A stretch of DNA of 57,357 nt, filler included, from Platydemus manokwari (Eukaryota), in NCBI GenBank assembly GCA_037951405.1. It is 5 parts of 5 records of this genome, joined end to end, with 100 filler letters (N's around TTAATTAATTAA, not from the genome) between each part and the next. Parts side by side here need not be neighbours in the genome. Positions count along the whole stretch, not along the records: positions 1 to 9,106 come from JBBMOY011298872.1; positions 9,207 to 18,198 come from JBBMOY011317871.1; 3 more parts are not named here. One strand, written 5' to 3'. The notes beneath the pieces were generated by a model. That model did no database searches and was not told where the DNA came from. It saw only the letters and a program-made list of their open reading frames with translations. Numbering within the stretch: the first letter of the stretch is position 1; every line of letters begins with the position of its first letter. Positions 1 to 13,050 of this stretch are shown in pieces. Both the position numbers and the translations under genes were made by a program.

Positions 1-669
1 TAGGATCGAAGTGGATATTCGAGTGTATCTCTCGAAATACGATTCCAAATTCATTGGACCAAGGAAGAAGGGAAACTATTAAATTTACGATTGGAGGTAA
101 TTTGAGATCGGGGGAGACATGTGATTTGATGTCGCATCTTTACCTATATTGATTGTTCTCTGTATTATTTAGTTTTGAAGGAACATAGATATCTCTAGTA
201 CTACATTTTGAGGATAAAATAACTCGAAATATTATTGATTTTATAATAATGTCAATAATATTCAAAATAATTAATAAAATTCGTGATATCGATTACTTAA
301 ACTATTGATTTATTTATTTATTTTTATCAGGTAGGCCTTATTGTCAGTGAATAAAATAGCATTTCTTCGAAAGGTTATCCCATCCACTCTATTCCTCTTT
401 TAATCCTTACCATTTAATCGAATATCTTTATCCATTTCTGTACGTGGCTGATCATGCCATCATATTATGAAAAAGAGAATTATCCGATTTACCTATCATT
501 CATTTATTCGTAATCGATATTTTCTTATTTAGATCAACCAATCTCACTTATGGTGATCTCTGCAATTGTTGTTGGAAGTTTCTTGATGTTTATAATGTTT
601 CTCATTCTTGTGCGTCGGTGTATCAATCGATGCTATCGATCCAGATCTGGATCTGGATATCAAAAGTAA
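1..669 (+). CDS. 3' part of an Ig-superfamily single-pass membrane protein gene (exons <1-96 and 533-669)
   Basis: Frame 3 reads GSKWIFECISRNTIPNSLDQGRRETIKFTIG, like the final strands of an Ig domain, and ends at a phase-1 GTAATT donor at 97. The acceptor ttatttAG at 532 opens DQPISLMVISAIVVGSFLMFIMFLILVRRCINRCYRSRSGSGYQK* (TM followed by basic residues). Phases are compatible and the layout matches the gene at 2939. Confidence 0.55.
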
Positions 670-699
670 GCAAAGATGTTGTGATTATCTCTATTAAAG

Positions 700-1560
700 C
701 CATATTTGAAGGCGAACCGTGACATTCGATATCGATGTAAACAAGAAAGAAAATTATCCCATGATAGATATGGTGCCATCGAAACAATTTTATCCCATAG
801 ATAAAGTATAACAAGAGATTTGTATTTTAAATTTTTCGATTTATTTGTGTTTTGAATTATTTTTGCCTCTATTCGACTGCAAGCATTATGTTCCAGCAAT
901 TTCATTAAGTTATCGTGGGATTTATTACGTCATAATTCAGCTGTGTCTATCAGAAATTTCTCTTCAGTGATTTTTTATCGTCTAAAAAGCAATAAATATT
1001 TATTTGTCTCGGTTGTTATCTTTTGAAATATTGTCGTCAATCTTGTTAATCTCGTCGACACAATTCATGTGACTTTTTAATGATGTTTTCTTACATATGA
1101 ACAACAACCGACATTCCATTGTTTAGCTCCTTGCTTGTTCGTGTGTTATATAAGTTGATAATCGATAATACATGAAGAATGTTACGTCATGATAATTTAC
1201 TAGTTACGAATTGATAATTATTAACAAGAATCCAGGACAAAGATGAGTTTGCACTGTCTCTTTGTGTAATTCCAGCCGATTTCAGAACCGCACATCTCAT
1301 CAACATCGATCGGCTCTTTGCATCGGGAAGCCTTTTTCCTTTATTTTGATATCACTTAGTGGCAACCAATATTTTGTGGTTGAGATAATCTTTTGTCATT
1401 TACTATAAAGGACGACTCTTTCGGTGGTATTTTTAAATTGAAGAGTCAATTAATTTGAAAGGTCAAACTATCGATGGAACTTTTTCTATTATTCCGAATA
1501 TTATTACTTCTTGGTTCTTTGATTTATGAGCTTGGATCTATCTATATTAATTGAGAGCAA
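700..1560 (-). pseudogene. Possible degenerate protocadherin ectodomain relic
   Basis: Minus-strand fragments IIFGIIEKVP, EPIDVDEMCGSEIGWNYTKRQCKLIFVL (resembles EC1 RIDREELCG...CxL) and DIECHGSPS (resembles DxGxP). Many stops and frameshifts. Confidence 0.3.
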
Positions 1561-2938
1561 CTCGTAATATTCATAATATGTCGATTATCTATGAGGTAGG
1601 AATTATATTGATTCCCCCGACTAACAATACAATCCCTATTTTAATTTATTTTAGTAAAAATATTTATAAGAAAATTGGCATGAAAATAAAAAGATAAACA
1701 AAAAATAGTTGTTGTAAATTTTTCTGGGAATATCTGAATAATAATATTGCGGATTAAGTGATTTATGTTTCGGTTGGATCGTTTTGTTAGAAGAGTTGAG
1801 AGAGAAATGAAAAACGATTTAATCACCACGAACTCCACAGACAAAAAAATTTCTGCAACAACATGAAAAATCTAATAAACCAGATCTAATATTTTCACCG
1901 AAGAATTTTATCCATCCGGCATTTTACCACACAGAGTTTTAGAATATGCTATTGTGTGTATCCGTGTTCGAGAAATTACTAGGAAATATCCGCTAAACAT
2001 TGTTTGATATCGCATTTTTCGAATTCTTGAAACTTTTCAAATCTTGTTATCAATTTTGCATTGATAAATCCATTTAGAAAACAAAAGAACTGCATTCTGC
2101 TTCAGGTTGAACAAGATCGATAAGAATCAGATAGTTAGAAACTAATTATGAGTCATACTAAAAATCGATAATTTTTCTACCTCTTTATAAAAGCAAGATA
2201 TTCAAATATTGATGAATAAAAAGTGAATACATCAAGGAAAACAGCACGTGTTTAATGATTTTAATCTCGAAACAAAATTTGTGAGATTGAACTTCCTTTC
2301 CCGACCTTTTAGTGCCGGGAAAAATTAGAACATCGTGCAACTATTTTTGAAAAATATTCCAACATTTATGATTTTGAAGCTTATTTGACATTCGAGTTTC
2401 TTTATAAAATTTCTTTTGAATTCGTTAAACTTTTATTAATTCCTGGAAAATACGATGTTTTCATGTCTCTACACTACCGAGTTCCAGTTCATATTCATCG
2501 ATTATAAGCTTTAATCACTTAGAAAAGAATGACTAATAATTAAAAAGATAAGAACACTCATTGAATTGTATCTCTATCATTTGCTCTTCGTTGTTTCATT
2601 TTAATTTTTAACTCGCCTTTAACACACCAAAAATAAAACTTGTAGTAGCCAATAGAATTAACAAAATCAATACCACCAACGTTTACCACTTGTATTGTTT
2701 TGATAATTCATGGATCGATGCTAAATATAAGGAATAAAATGACATGATCGACAATAATTGAGAACAATTTTACGTATTGATTCTGTCACTGTTTAATAAA
2801 TATTGCTGGCAATCTAATATTTGTGATTTATATGTAAAATCACAATCACATTAAATTATCATTAAAAATAAAATTTGTTTTATTAATCTCAACACAATTG
2901 ATCGACAATTTGAATTCATTAAAAAAATATTTTCTTGC

Positions 2939-4217
2939 ATGCTATTTCTGGTTTTCATCAGTGAGTAAAATTCATTTATGAAATTCTGTCATTTGTTTTC
3001 TTGATCTGTTGTAGTATTGATTTGTCAAATTGTTTTCCGTTTTGATAATCGACTTGAAGCAACACAAATCAATTTTAAAATCGATCCCATTTATGAAAAT
3101 GAGAATCACACAATTCGATTGAATTTCGATTCAACCAAGCAGAATACTTATGAGCTGTTTCTCTTTCAAATCTCCGAATTCGATTCAGAAATGCAGAAAA
3201 TCGTCATCAATGCTCAATCGAGCGAGGGAAAAGAAAAACATATCAGTGGGCCAATCTTTGGGCTGTGGTATAAGACGGTGGCACCGGGATTTATCAATGT
3301 CCAAATTAGATTTTCTCCATTTGCCAATAATATGCTGTTTGATGTCTTTCATTTATCCACAAAAAACAAGATCTTGAAATCCGATTTTCTAGCCAATACT
3401 CACAGATTCCAACAGTTCAAAATGCTTCATTATCCGATCTTAATTGAGCGCCACTGGGATTTGAAGATCTCTCAAATGTTATCCACCAATCAATCAGCAG
3501 GATTACTTGCTTATTTACCGGGGATTATCAAATGTCAAGCAACTGGTGGACGTCCACATGCCAATGTGACCGTAATTGGTATTGATAAACTGAAAATTGT
3601 CTCTCGAATTTACGATGAAATCGAAAACTCCGAGACCGTCACTATTATTCCATCGACATCTGATAGGAACTTCAAAATCGGCTGCAATGCGGGAAGAGAT
3701 TTTATTTACGAAAATTTAAGCATTATAGGTGAGCATCGATTTTTAATTCTGATGTCGAATTATTTTCACCATGACAACTTATGATAATGATAATTGAAAA
3801 TCAATATTATATATTCAGCGTCGATTTATCGACTGTACTTGTTTCAGGATACTGATCGTTTTTCAATGCTATTACGCAACACATCATTATCGCGATTCTA
3901 TAATTTTGGAATATCATCTAATCAATTATCTTTAGATGATACGAGAGGATTTAGTTTGATGCATGGAGCCATTTTCAGCGTTATCGGGACTGTTATCAGT
4001 GTCGCAGCAATAGTTGCATTCGTCATTTATAAGCGACGCAAGGACTTAAAGGTGATTGGTTGATTTATTTTATTCGATCAGTTGCCATGATTACATGATT
4101 TTTACTGGTCTAAATTTATTTGCTATTTCCATATATACGTATATGCATTTTCAGATCAAAGAAAATATTGAATTTGAGAACAAATATAAAATGAAGGAAA
4201 AGGTGGAATTCCTCTGA
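2939..4217 (+). CDS. Ig-domain (C2-set-like) type I membrane protein; exons 2939-2960, 3015-3728, 3936-4051, 4155-4217
   Basis: ATG exon MLFLVFI joins ORF 3017 in frame through a 54-nt GT-AG intron and forms a signal peptide. Ig motif IKCQATGGRPHANVTV...FKIGCNAG. TM exon GAIFSVIGTVISVAAIVAFVIYKRRK. Last exon IKENIEFENKYKMKEKVEFL*. All splice phases are consistent. Confidence 0.75.
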
Positions 4218-4629
4218 AAATGGAATCGATTCCACTGATCGAGATTGTTATAGAAACTGCTTCTACTTGGTTATCTCTGATAAAATATATTTATTCATAT
4301 TATTTTGTACTTAAATAATTGGACATTTATAGAATGAATGTTGAGAATTTTGTTGATATTGATATTGAGCTATCAGAAAATTATTTTGTCCAGTACACTC
4401 AATTTGTCCCTAACTCGATTATAAATACGATGTCGTAATCAGGAATCTTACAAAATCTAAGGGGTTGCGTAATTGTTTATGTGAGTGTTTGCGATGGTCA
4501 TTCCCTTTATTTGGGATTAAATGAATTTTGAGTTATATTGATATGGTCAATGAGCACCCATCAGTGATTCCGTTCGATATGTCCCATATAATCTAATTAT
4601 TACGTAATACTTTGTTTATTTTATGTGTC

Positions 4630-5900
4630 ATATATCATCAGAATTATTCAATGGTTTCCTCTGACACAGAACTATTGTTTCTGTTGATATCGATCCGATT
4701 TGTGTTCCTATGCCATAATAATTAATCTTTGTTGTCATTGGTTCATTATTGATTATGGGAACAATTAAAATGTGATCATGTCTGTCGATTGTCATGTTTA
4801 AAATAATAATTTGAATCAAAAATCGTGCTTAATCATTTGATGAAATATATTGACAATAACAATGAAAACATTGAAAATCATATCAATAACAGAATCAGAT
4901 AAATCTGATTATATAATTAATATCGATAATATTGTCTGAATTGACCAATCAAACTAATTCATAATAAATTAGCTTTATCAGTTTGAAATTCTTGTTAATT
5001 AATTATTGATGAGTCATTTGAGAAATAAATTTTATCGTCACGGTTGTGTGAGCCCGATTAAATATTCCAACAAAGCACACCAGATATCAAGTATTTTCTC
5101 CTAATTATAATGAACAATTTGTTCTCTTTGCCAGTTTCTAGAGATAATAGATCATTAAAAATATCAAAATATTCATAAATAATCAATGCCAATGGTAAAT
5201 TAAAATCGATATCAATGCACACAGTGGCGCACAAATAAATATAGTCGATTGAAGATGTTAATCAAATTTCACATTTAAAGCAATCCTGACAAAGAAAAAT
5301 CGATAAATGAAATTGCCAATCGATGACGTAATCACATATATCAGCACACACAATCAGATCGATATGTTCAGTAATTGAAAATAATATCACAAATTGTCCA
5401 CGATCATTTATACAAATCAATTTTTGTTACAATTCTGGTTTTTTGTTACTCGATCAATAAAATGATTTACAATATTCGGTTGATGTCATTGGGATTGATG
5501 TATTCGTTGGTGGTTTTAAAATCAATATTAATGTTTTTTACAAACATTTCATTTTATTATGATTCAGGCTTTGGAGGCAGATCGATTAAGTTTAAAATAG
5601 AAACTACATCCTTTGGGTTTTGGTTGTGATAGTCTTCGCGAATCACTGATTAATTTGGTGCATAGCTAGTTTAATAAATCCATAATTTATCTTGTGATAT
5701 TTCACTGTGCAGAACAAAGTAACAATTTTTTAGAATTTATGGCAACATTTTTCTTCAATCATCCTTAAAGGAGAAAGAAAATATTTTCAATGACGTTTGA
5801 GAAACAAGAGAAAAAATTATCGATTGCATTTTGAATGAAATCTGGTTTTACTGTGACAGTTTCAGCAATCATATCAGCAAAAAATCGCTTTGTTATCTGT
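4630..5900 (-). pseudogene. Possible degenerate cadherin-repeat relic
   Basis: Fragments in shifting frames: REDYH..VVSILNLIDLPPK, TVCIDIDFNLPLALIIYEYFDIFNDLLSLETG, IINNEP..GTQIGSI. These resemble the cadherin DRE, DxNDxxP, AxDxD...ETG and GTxIG motifs. Confidence 0.3.
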
Positions 5901-7712
5901 TTGAAAATCACTATAATTTGATTGGTTGAAATTTGTGTGATTTGAGAATTAAAACTGATGTAAATAAATGGTATGGAATAGTGTTTTGTACTTTATTCAC
6001 ATACAATTCAATAACAATGATAATCGCTTAGTTATTATAATCAATCATTAATATCTATGAAATGTTAATATTAATTAATAAATCGATAATAAATCACCGA
6101 TAAAGGATTGCACTATTCTTCAAGATAATTAGAATTCATTTTTAACACAACCGTAACTAAGAGCTTGAAAATTATATGAAATGAATTACAAAATATCAAA
6201 CAAAGGAGATCCAGAGAATGAGTTTAATGCTGTTAATAAACGTTGCGTTGATCGGCTTTCAGCATTTTCAGCGATCAAGTTAGAAAATAGTAAGGAAATG
6301 AAATTTTTTTAAAAAAAAATTCTAGAATTCACCTGTTGTCATCAAGTTGATGATTTGTTTTAACTAAAAATGACAAAGAAAGAATTGATAAACTGGTATG
6401 TTATATAAATCAATAAAGAAATGTTAGAAGTGAAAATAAAATCAATACAAAAGCGTTATTATCAATACCTGCAAAAGTTGAACATTTGAAATTCATAGAA
6501 GGCAAAACAGAAACAGAATTTGTAGAGATGATGGAGAAATATTTTAGTGTTCAATATGGAGGACATTTTAATGAGAAGTTGACCAATTTCTTGAAAAATA
6601 TTACTTCAAATATAAAGGATGTCGAAAAATAGAAAGAACCTATTACTGATTTAAGAAAATCAATTAATGTTTACATTATCGAACAATATAGGAGCAAACA
6701 AAGATGTGTTTAATGAAAAATTGAATCAATAATAATTGTTATTCAACTGAATCTATGATTTTTAATGATGATCCACTTAAAAATTTGGAAAAATATATTA
6801 AATAAAATAAATTATATCCCATAAATTGGTATTGGGAAAATTTCCCAAGATAAATTTCCCAACGCAGTTGAGATTTATAACCAGAAAGAATATAATTTTG
6901 TGTTTCTTGTTCAATATGTTGGGTTGTATATGATGTTTAAAGTTCTTTGACCAACTCAACAGCGTGAGTTCCCTTTTTAATTTTTGAAGACAGATAAAAA
7001 CACGCAAACTCGTAAAAACTTTATTGATTATAATTAAAAACCAAATTGCACTGATCACACGCAAATTCTCTACAAACTATTAGCTCACACAAAAAAAATT
7101 ATAAAAACAATTAGGTACGGTTATCTCACCGAGATCGTGAGAACCTTTTATTTCACTTTAAGAGTTTAGTATATATTTTAAGCAAATATCAAAATATTTC
7201 CAAAGGGTGATCCTTTAGAGCTCAAAATGTTCGTATTTTAAATAAGCAACTATGAAATTATTACTCTCTCTACTTTGATTTACTTGCCTGCAATGCAAAT
7301 CGTCGTATTAAGATTTTTAAGAGTGAATTGTGATGGAAATCCATCAGCTTATATAGATGCTGAGATTCGGTACTTTGTACCTAGGAATTTCCATCACTAG
7401 TGTAAATTTTAAACAATATTTTTATTTTGGATCCTTAATGTTTATAATATTAAAAGTCCTAAATCTTAAAATTCTTAATAATTTATCTAATCCTAGAAAT
7501 TTTTTACTAAATTATTGACATTACTAATTAAATATTATTAAATTTCTGACATTAGAAATTAAAAATTCTGTTTCTTTTTCACTCTCTGATTTATAAATAA
7601 TAATATATATTAATTTATATCTTCTATATTCTTTACATTTTATTCAAATTACATATTAACGATTATTACAAAAAAATAATTATATATAATTATAAGAATT
7701 CATAATTATAAT

Positions 7713-7850
7713 TAAGATCACAGATGATCAAAATATCAATTCAAATATAAAAATTAAATCATTAAAATATCAAGTCAAATCATATTCATAATCAAGATCA
7801 CGGATGATCAAAATATCAAGTCAAATATTAAGTCATTAAAATATCAAGTC
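7713..7850 (+). repeat. Imperfect ~80-bp tandem duplication
   Basis: aagatcac(a/g)gatgatcaaaatatcaa occurs twice and tcattaaaatatcaagtc occurs twice. Confidence 0.8.
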
Positions 7851-8220
7851 GATATAAAATCATTGAGTCATTATTGGAAACTGGATTGACTGGATTTAAA
7901 TTCGCAATTTACCGCTGAATCCTGGCTGATATTATGCGTCTAAATCCACGCTCCAGCTTTGGGTAGCCCATGTTTCCTATTTTGGGTTTAGTTTTTTGGG
8001 CTTAATTACTATTGTTGATCCGGGTTTCTCGATTATTGATGTGCCCGGTCTTTCGAGTTTCTTTCTGGGGGGTGTTTTTGGTTTTTTGCACACAAGGTGG
8101 TTACTCGGTGGTGGTTGTGGCCGTTGAGATTTCTGGGTAGCTCTTTTCTCCATTCACTGTATGATTTGAAAGAATATGTGATCATTTCGTTTTAGTCTTC
8201 GCTCTTCTCACTCTCTGAGT

Positions 8221-8400
8221 AGAGCATCAGACGTCCCATATGCTCGATCCAACACATGTATTGACAAGGCAATCATTTGCAAAATATAAACCTGCTAGTT
8301 ACTCACATACTGAGTAGATCAAAGATAAAATGATTATCATCACCATCGGTTTATATGGCGCATGGAATAGTAAAATAGCTGAAGTCAACGTCTGCAGACA
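8221..8400 (+). mobile_element. Relic of the C-terminal restriction-like endonuclease (RLE) region of a non-LTR retrotransposon
   Basis: DVPYARS..IDKA / AKYKP...IIITIGLYGAW resembles the RLE tail VPFE...K..KY...PxxVGxLGxW. Local GC is elevated. Confidence 0.4.
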
Positions 8401-9106
8401 ACGCCACAACCCCAAACTCCCTAAAATAAACCACAAGCATCTTATGGCAAAACAATACAATTAACACAACAAGTATCTTCTCCCCATATAGGGACAAGCA
8501 AGAATGCAGAGGAATGCAAAATGGAGTAAGAACAGCTGACGATTAGATTCAGATGCTTGTGGCCAGTGGAAGATTCAAATATATATTCATAGTTCTTCTT
8601 TAAAAATCTGCTCTAAAATATGTCAATTACAATTCTAAGATCTACATAAACGAATATTCATGAACAGTCAAATTTTTGTAAATATTTGCTTTTCTAAATC
8701 AACATATTAACTATTTCGACATTTGGCATTAACTCTATTTGACATTTCGGTCATGATCATCTAATGAAAGAAAATTATTTAACATTTTAATCCTATGATT
8801 ATTTGTAAAAATCTTGGCTAATTTCAAATAAAATAAATGTGAATAATATTTTGAAGAAATTAAACGACTTAATTACACCAAATAGGTAAGAATAAAAGAA
8901 AAATCAATCTAGTAAAATTTGTATTGTCACTAAAAATAATTGAAAAAGATAAGAAAGATACAATGAATAAATCCCACATTGATAAACTAAATATACAGGA
9001 TTTAAACTAGATCAGAAAATTAATTTTAGTATTACAAATTTTCTAAAGTACTTGAAATCGAAATAAAATAATGTACTTTAATTAATTAATTTTTAATGTA
9101 AATATA

Positions 9107-9206
9107 NNNNNNNNNNNNNNNNNNNNNNNNNNNNNNNNNNNNNNNNNNNNTTAATTAATTAANNNNNNNNNNNNNNNNNNNNNNNNNNNNNNNNNNNNNN
9201 NNNNNN
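9107..9206. other. Artificial contig-joining spacer (44N-TTAATTAATTAA-44N)
   Basis: Exactly 100 nt with a six-frame stop linker; the same spacer occurs four times. Confidence 0.97.
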
Positions 9207-9530
9207 TTTATTTAATTATATTCTTTAAAAACATTTTGAATTTTTTATTTAAGTTCTTAAGTAGAATTTTAGTTGTTTGAAATCAAATATTAAATACTAA
9301 AGAGCTTAAAAATCTCCTGAGATTTGATTAGGTCGAATTGCAATTTACTTTTAACATTAGAAGCAAATTGAGAAATATTCTCAATTTTTACAATTATTAT
9401 ATACAAATAAGCAATTATATTATTAAACATGTCAGTAGTTAGCTAAATCGATTTATTATTTAAAAAATTTAAATTTAAAAACTCAAATAATCATGTAAAA
9501 GTGTTGTGATTAGAATGGGAAATTGGTTTT
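9207..9530 (+). repeat. Dispersed non-coding repeat, copy 1 (inverted relative to 46570-46925)
   Basis: tttatttaattatattctttaaa..., aacattagaagcaaattgaga.atattctcaatttttacaattatt and aaatttaaatttaaaaactcaaataatcat match the reverse complement of 46570-46925. Confidence 0.85.
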
Positions 9531-9799
9531 AAAAATATGTTGTGTCTCTATTATACATCTTAAAGAAAGAGACATTAGCTGAATTATACGAGTACATCAA
9601 ACATAGCAGTTATACATAAAATTAAGATAATTAAAATGATCTCATGCGCTAAAATTCATTATAACAAAAATAGGTCAAAAGACCCTTTTTCTTTACTTAA
9701 GCTAATGTTTAAAACTAATTTTGGAATGAAAATATAAAAGCGGCAAATATATAAATTACTTTAATTAAATTACTTTACCATTTAATTAGTTCATATTAA

Positions 9800-11140
9800 G
9801 ACCAAAATTTGAATATCATAAATATTTCTAATGCTTATATCAAATATTTAAACAATGCCAAAACCAACAATAAATTAATTGGTATTTTGGTATTTATCGA
9901 TGAAATATTGTGTAATTTCTGGTTATAAAATGAATTTCCATTCAATGCCAAAAATCCCATTATTATTCTAATAGCTTAATTATTTTTTTCTGTGAAGAAC
10001 GCACTTTAAAATATCCATTTTTTGAGTTTGATTTGAATATAAAGCTCTTTTTGTTTTTAAGATCATTTATTCTTTCTATACAAGTTCAATTCTCACTCAA
10101 TTCTTCTGAAGTGGCTTATAATTTCGAATACTTTCTTTGATATTACACATATTAAATCTACTTTAGGAAGAACAATATAAATTTTCTATTTGTTATATTG
10201 ATTTTCTCTTGGTTAAAAATTTCTGATAATTTATACGTTTTCATGATAATCAAACAAGACTTTTAGGAGGAAAAGATTCGACTCTTATTGGCAACTGAGT
10301 TTTTCTTGGTCGGTAATTTTTGTGATTAGCATTGTTATTATCTTTAATCTCTCGAATGATTATCTTTTACTTTTTAAAGATTACCGTTAATTTATTTAAT
10401 AATTTACTATTTTCATGAAAGCTCAACTTTATTGTAATCTAATCTTGGTTTAAAATTCTTTTAAAGTATTTTTCAATTACAATTAAAACACTTTCAAAGA
10501 GATAATAATTTTTAATTTAATCAGAAATGATTCAAAATTTCAAAAAAAATTATCGAATAAATCGATATTATAGAAAATGATACAGTTGCAATCCAGGAAT
10601 GTCTCATGTATGAATGTTGAAATCTCCAAAACTATTATAATAAATGTTTTAAATCCATTTTATAAATACATGAATAATAATTCCTTTCCATCATCCAGGT
10701 CTAGGACTAATATTAGGTAGTGTATCATAGCATTACACAGTATAATATTTGGGTAATATTTTTATAATCGAGGCAATCAAAATGTAATTATATAAAAAAT
10801 ATATCAGCGTGCATGATTTTAAGAGTAAAAATATTTTTCTTCCGAGGTAATCACTGAAAATGCGTACCAAGTAATATGAATATGATCATGGATTTTGTCC
10901 AATGTACAATAATCACGACCTGTGTGAAAATTCTTTAATAAAAATTTCCATGCTCAGTTATACTAGTAATGATATAGCTAACATAACAATTAGTAATAGA
11001 ACATTATTTATGTTTTCTACTTCTCAGCTTTAATTTATCATAGAAGTAACAATAAAACCTTTATGGTATTGTCTTTGGCATGTAGATGCTGACTAATAAT
11101 AGACTGCTAAAGAATAGCCTTTTAATTTTTATATTGATGC
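9800..11140 (-). pseudogene. Degenerate rhodopsin-class GPCR relic
   Basis: Hydrophobic fragments in GPCR order: IINVLLLIVMLAISLLV*LSMEIF (TM3, SxERF-like), SWIATVSFSIISIYSIIF (TM5), a long hydrophilic loop, then AIRIIMGFLA (TM6). Many stops and frameshifts. Confidence 0.4.
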
Positions 11141-12080
11141 ATGATCACCGTACTACGTTATAATCATCTTAAGATTAGAGATTGAATGTAATAGACAAAG
11201 ATGTGTGTCGACAGAAATTATTTAGTTGTGTTTTTACTGAATTATTAACTACCATGACAATCATTGACAAAATTTAAAAATTTTATAAGCCATTGTGCTT
11301 TAACGTGTGAATAAAATTTCAGAAATCAAAATTTTAATTGCCGAATTGTGATTCCAAGATCAGTTTAGTACTTGACATTAACAAGATTGGCTCACTTTTT
11401 TTCTAAAGAATTCAAGAAAATTAAAATATTTCGTCTAATAGAGACGCATTATTTTACTATTGGCAGTAAAATTAATTATAATCGAAAGTTTTGGAAAAAT
11501 AGCAAAAGTCACGCCATATGAAAAATGGTTTCAATATGGCATCTGTGAATATTTAGACGGATTCCATACGATTTTGATAGTAAAGGAGAAGAATCTCAAA
11601 GCGTAAATAATTTTTTTCGAATAAGACAAGCGCCATGTTTAAGAGAATTTATTAGAAATTCTAATCTTTGATTAAATTATTTTTAAGATTAAATTTGTTT
11701 TTTAAATCTTATCTTATTATCTTGGAATATTTACATTTCTTGAAGAGATTGCGCTAAATATAAACAAAATGGAATCTATTTGAGATCATGTAGATGAATC
11801 GTGTTTTGATATTCAAATCATCATTATGATCCGATATGTTCATCAGTAAACCATAATGATCGTATTGAACTCAAATCAATAACATAAACCACGTTAAATA
11901 TCATAATCTAAACCATTAATATAAAAATAGCATACAAAATTATAAATAATTCATCGTTACTTATTTTGCAAACAATTTATTGGGTTTTGTCAATACTTTC
12001 TTTTCGGTAATGATCTACATTTAATAGTAGAAATATAATTTCATTTATAATTGGAATTATATTTAATATTATATCTGTAG

Positions 12081-13050
12081 TTACCTAGTTGTTCGAAGGC
12101 CATTTCTGATGTATCTTCAACGACGATTGCTAATAGAATGACTAGTTTGCTCCAGCAACAAAAGTTGCACTCTCGAGATCATTTAAGAAGCGATCAGAAC
12201 ACACAAGTTTATGCTTGCTATCATGGTATGAATCCCCGACTTATTATCGACGAAAACAGACTCAGAAATGATGATTGTTATAGCGAAGACAATGATTTAC
12301 CCAGTGAGATATATTTTCAAATTATTCTAAATCATAAAAATGGATTTAATAGTGTATCATCTTTTAATAATAGGTATGGCTATAATATTAAGAAATAGCT
12401 GTAGCGTATTTCAGTTGAAAATAATTAAAAATTTGTTTGCTTAATAATTTAGTTACAACATTAAGAATGTGTGAGTGTAAGTAGTGTGTGGAATTAGAAA
12501 CACTGTGGAACATTACTTGTGAATCTTATTAAATTATAAGAATTAATGCAGTATTTACTAGAATTGTCAGAAATCTATTTAAACACGCCCATGGGGTACT
12601 TCTGGGATAATTTATACAAACAGGAAAATATTGTGATAATGTACATTGTCGTATGCTGTAGCTAATGGCTTATTTTTGAAAGCAATTTTCATTCATTATT
12701 AATAGCATATAAATGAATTTTTTTTCATAAATGTTTCAGATAATCAGAATACTACAAATTACGTCTATTTACAAGGTCCAATGAATCCAGCCCTGAATCA
12801 GCTTCTAATTCCTAATAATATTCCTTCACAAATAGGAGAATCACCACTTATAGTATCATTCAACGATAATATTGATTCTAGAAATACAGCATCGGAAAGC
12901 GAATCATCCTATGATTCCGCATCAAATATTCGTAATCAAATTATGGTTTCTCTCGATCCTCATTTTGGAAGATTGCAAGCACTTAATCCTCGGGTCAGTG
13001 GAGGTAATAACTTAGTTAGATTTATCGAAGATAATAATATTCTTTTATAA
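12081..13050 (+). CDS. 3' exons of an unidentified host gene (about 12081-12373 and 12740-13050)
   Basis: Open frames follow AG acceptors: LPSCSKAISDVSSTTIANRMTSLLQQ... ending at a GTATGG donor, and DNQNTTNYVYLQGPMNPALNQ...NNILL*. How the exons connect is unresolved. Confidence 0.45.

Noticed and set aside
7900-8060. dUTPase-like motif YQPGFSGKLRI on the minus strand
   Set aside because: Single weak motif; the other dUTPase motifs are absent.
9151-9162. TTAATTAATTAA as a recurring biological motif
   Set aside because: It is always centred in exactly 44+44 N; it is an assembly spacer with stops in all six frames.
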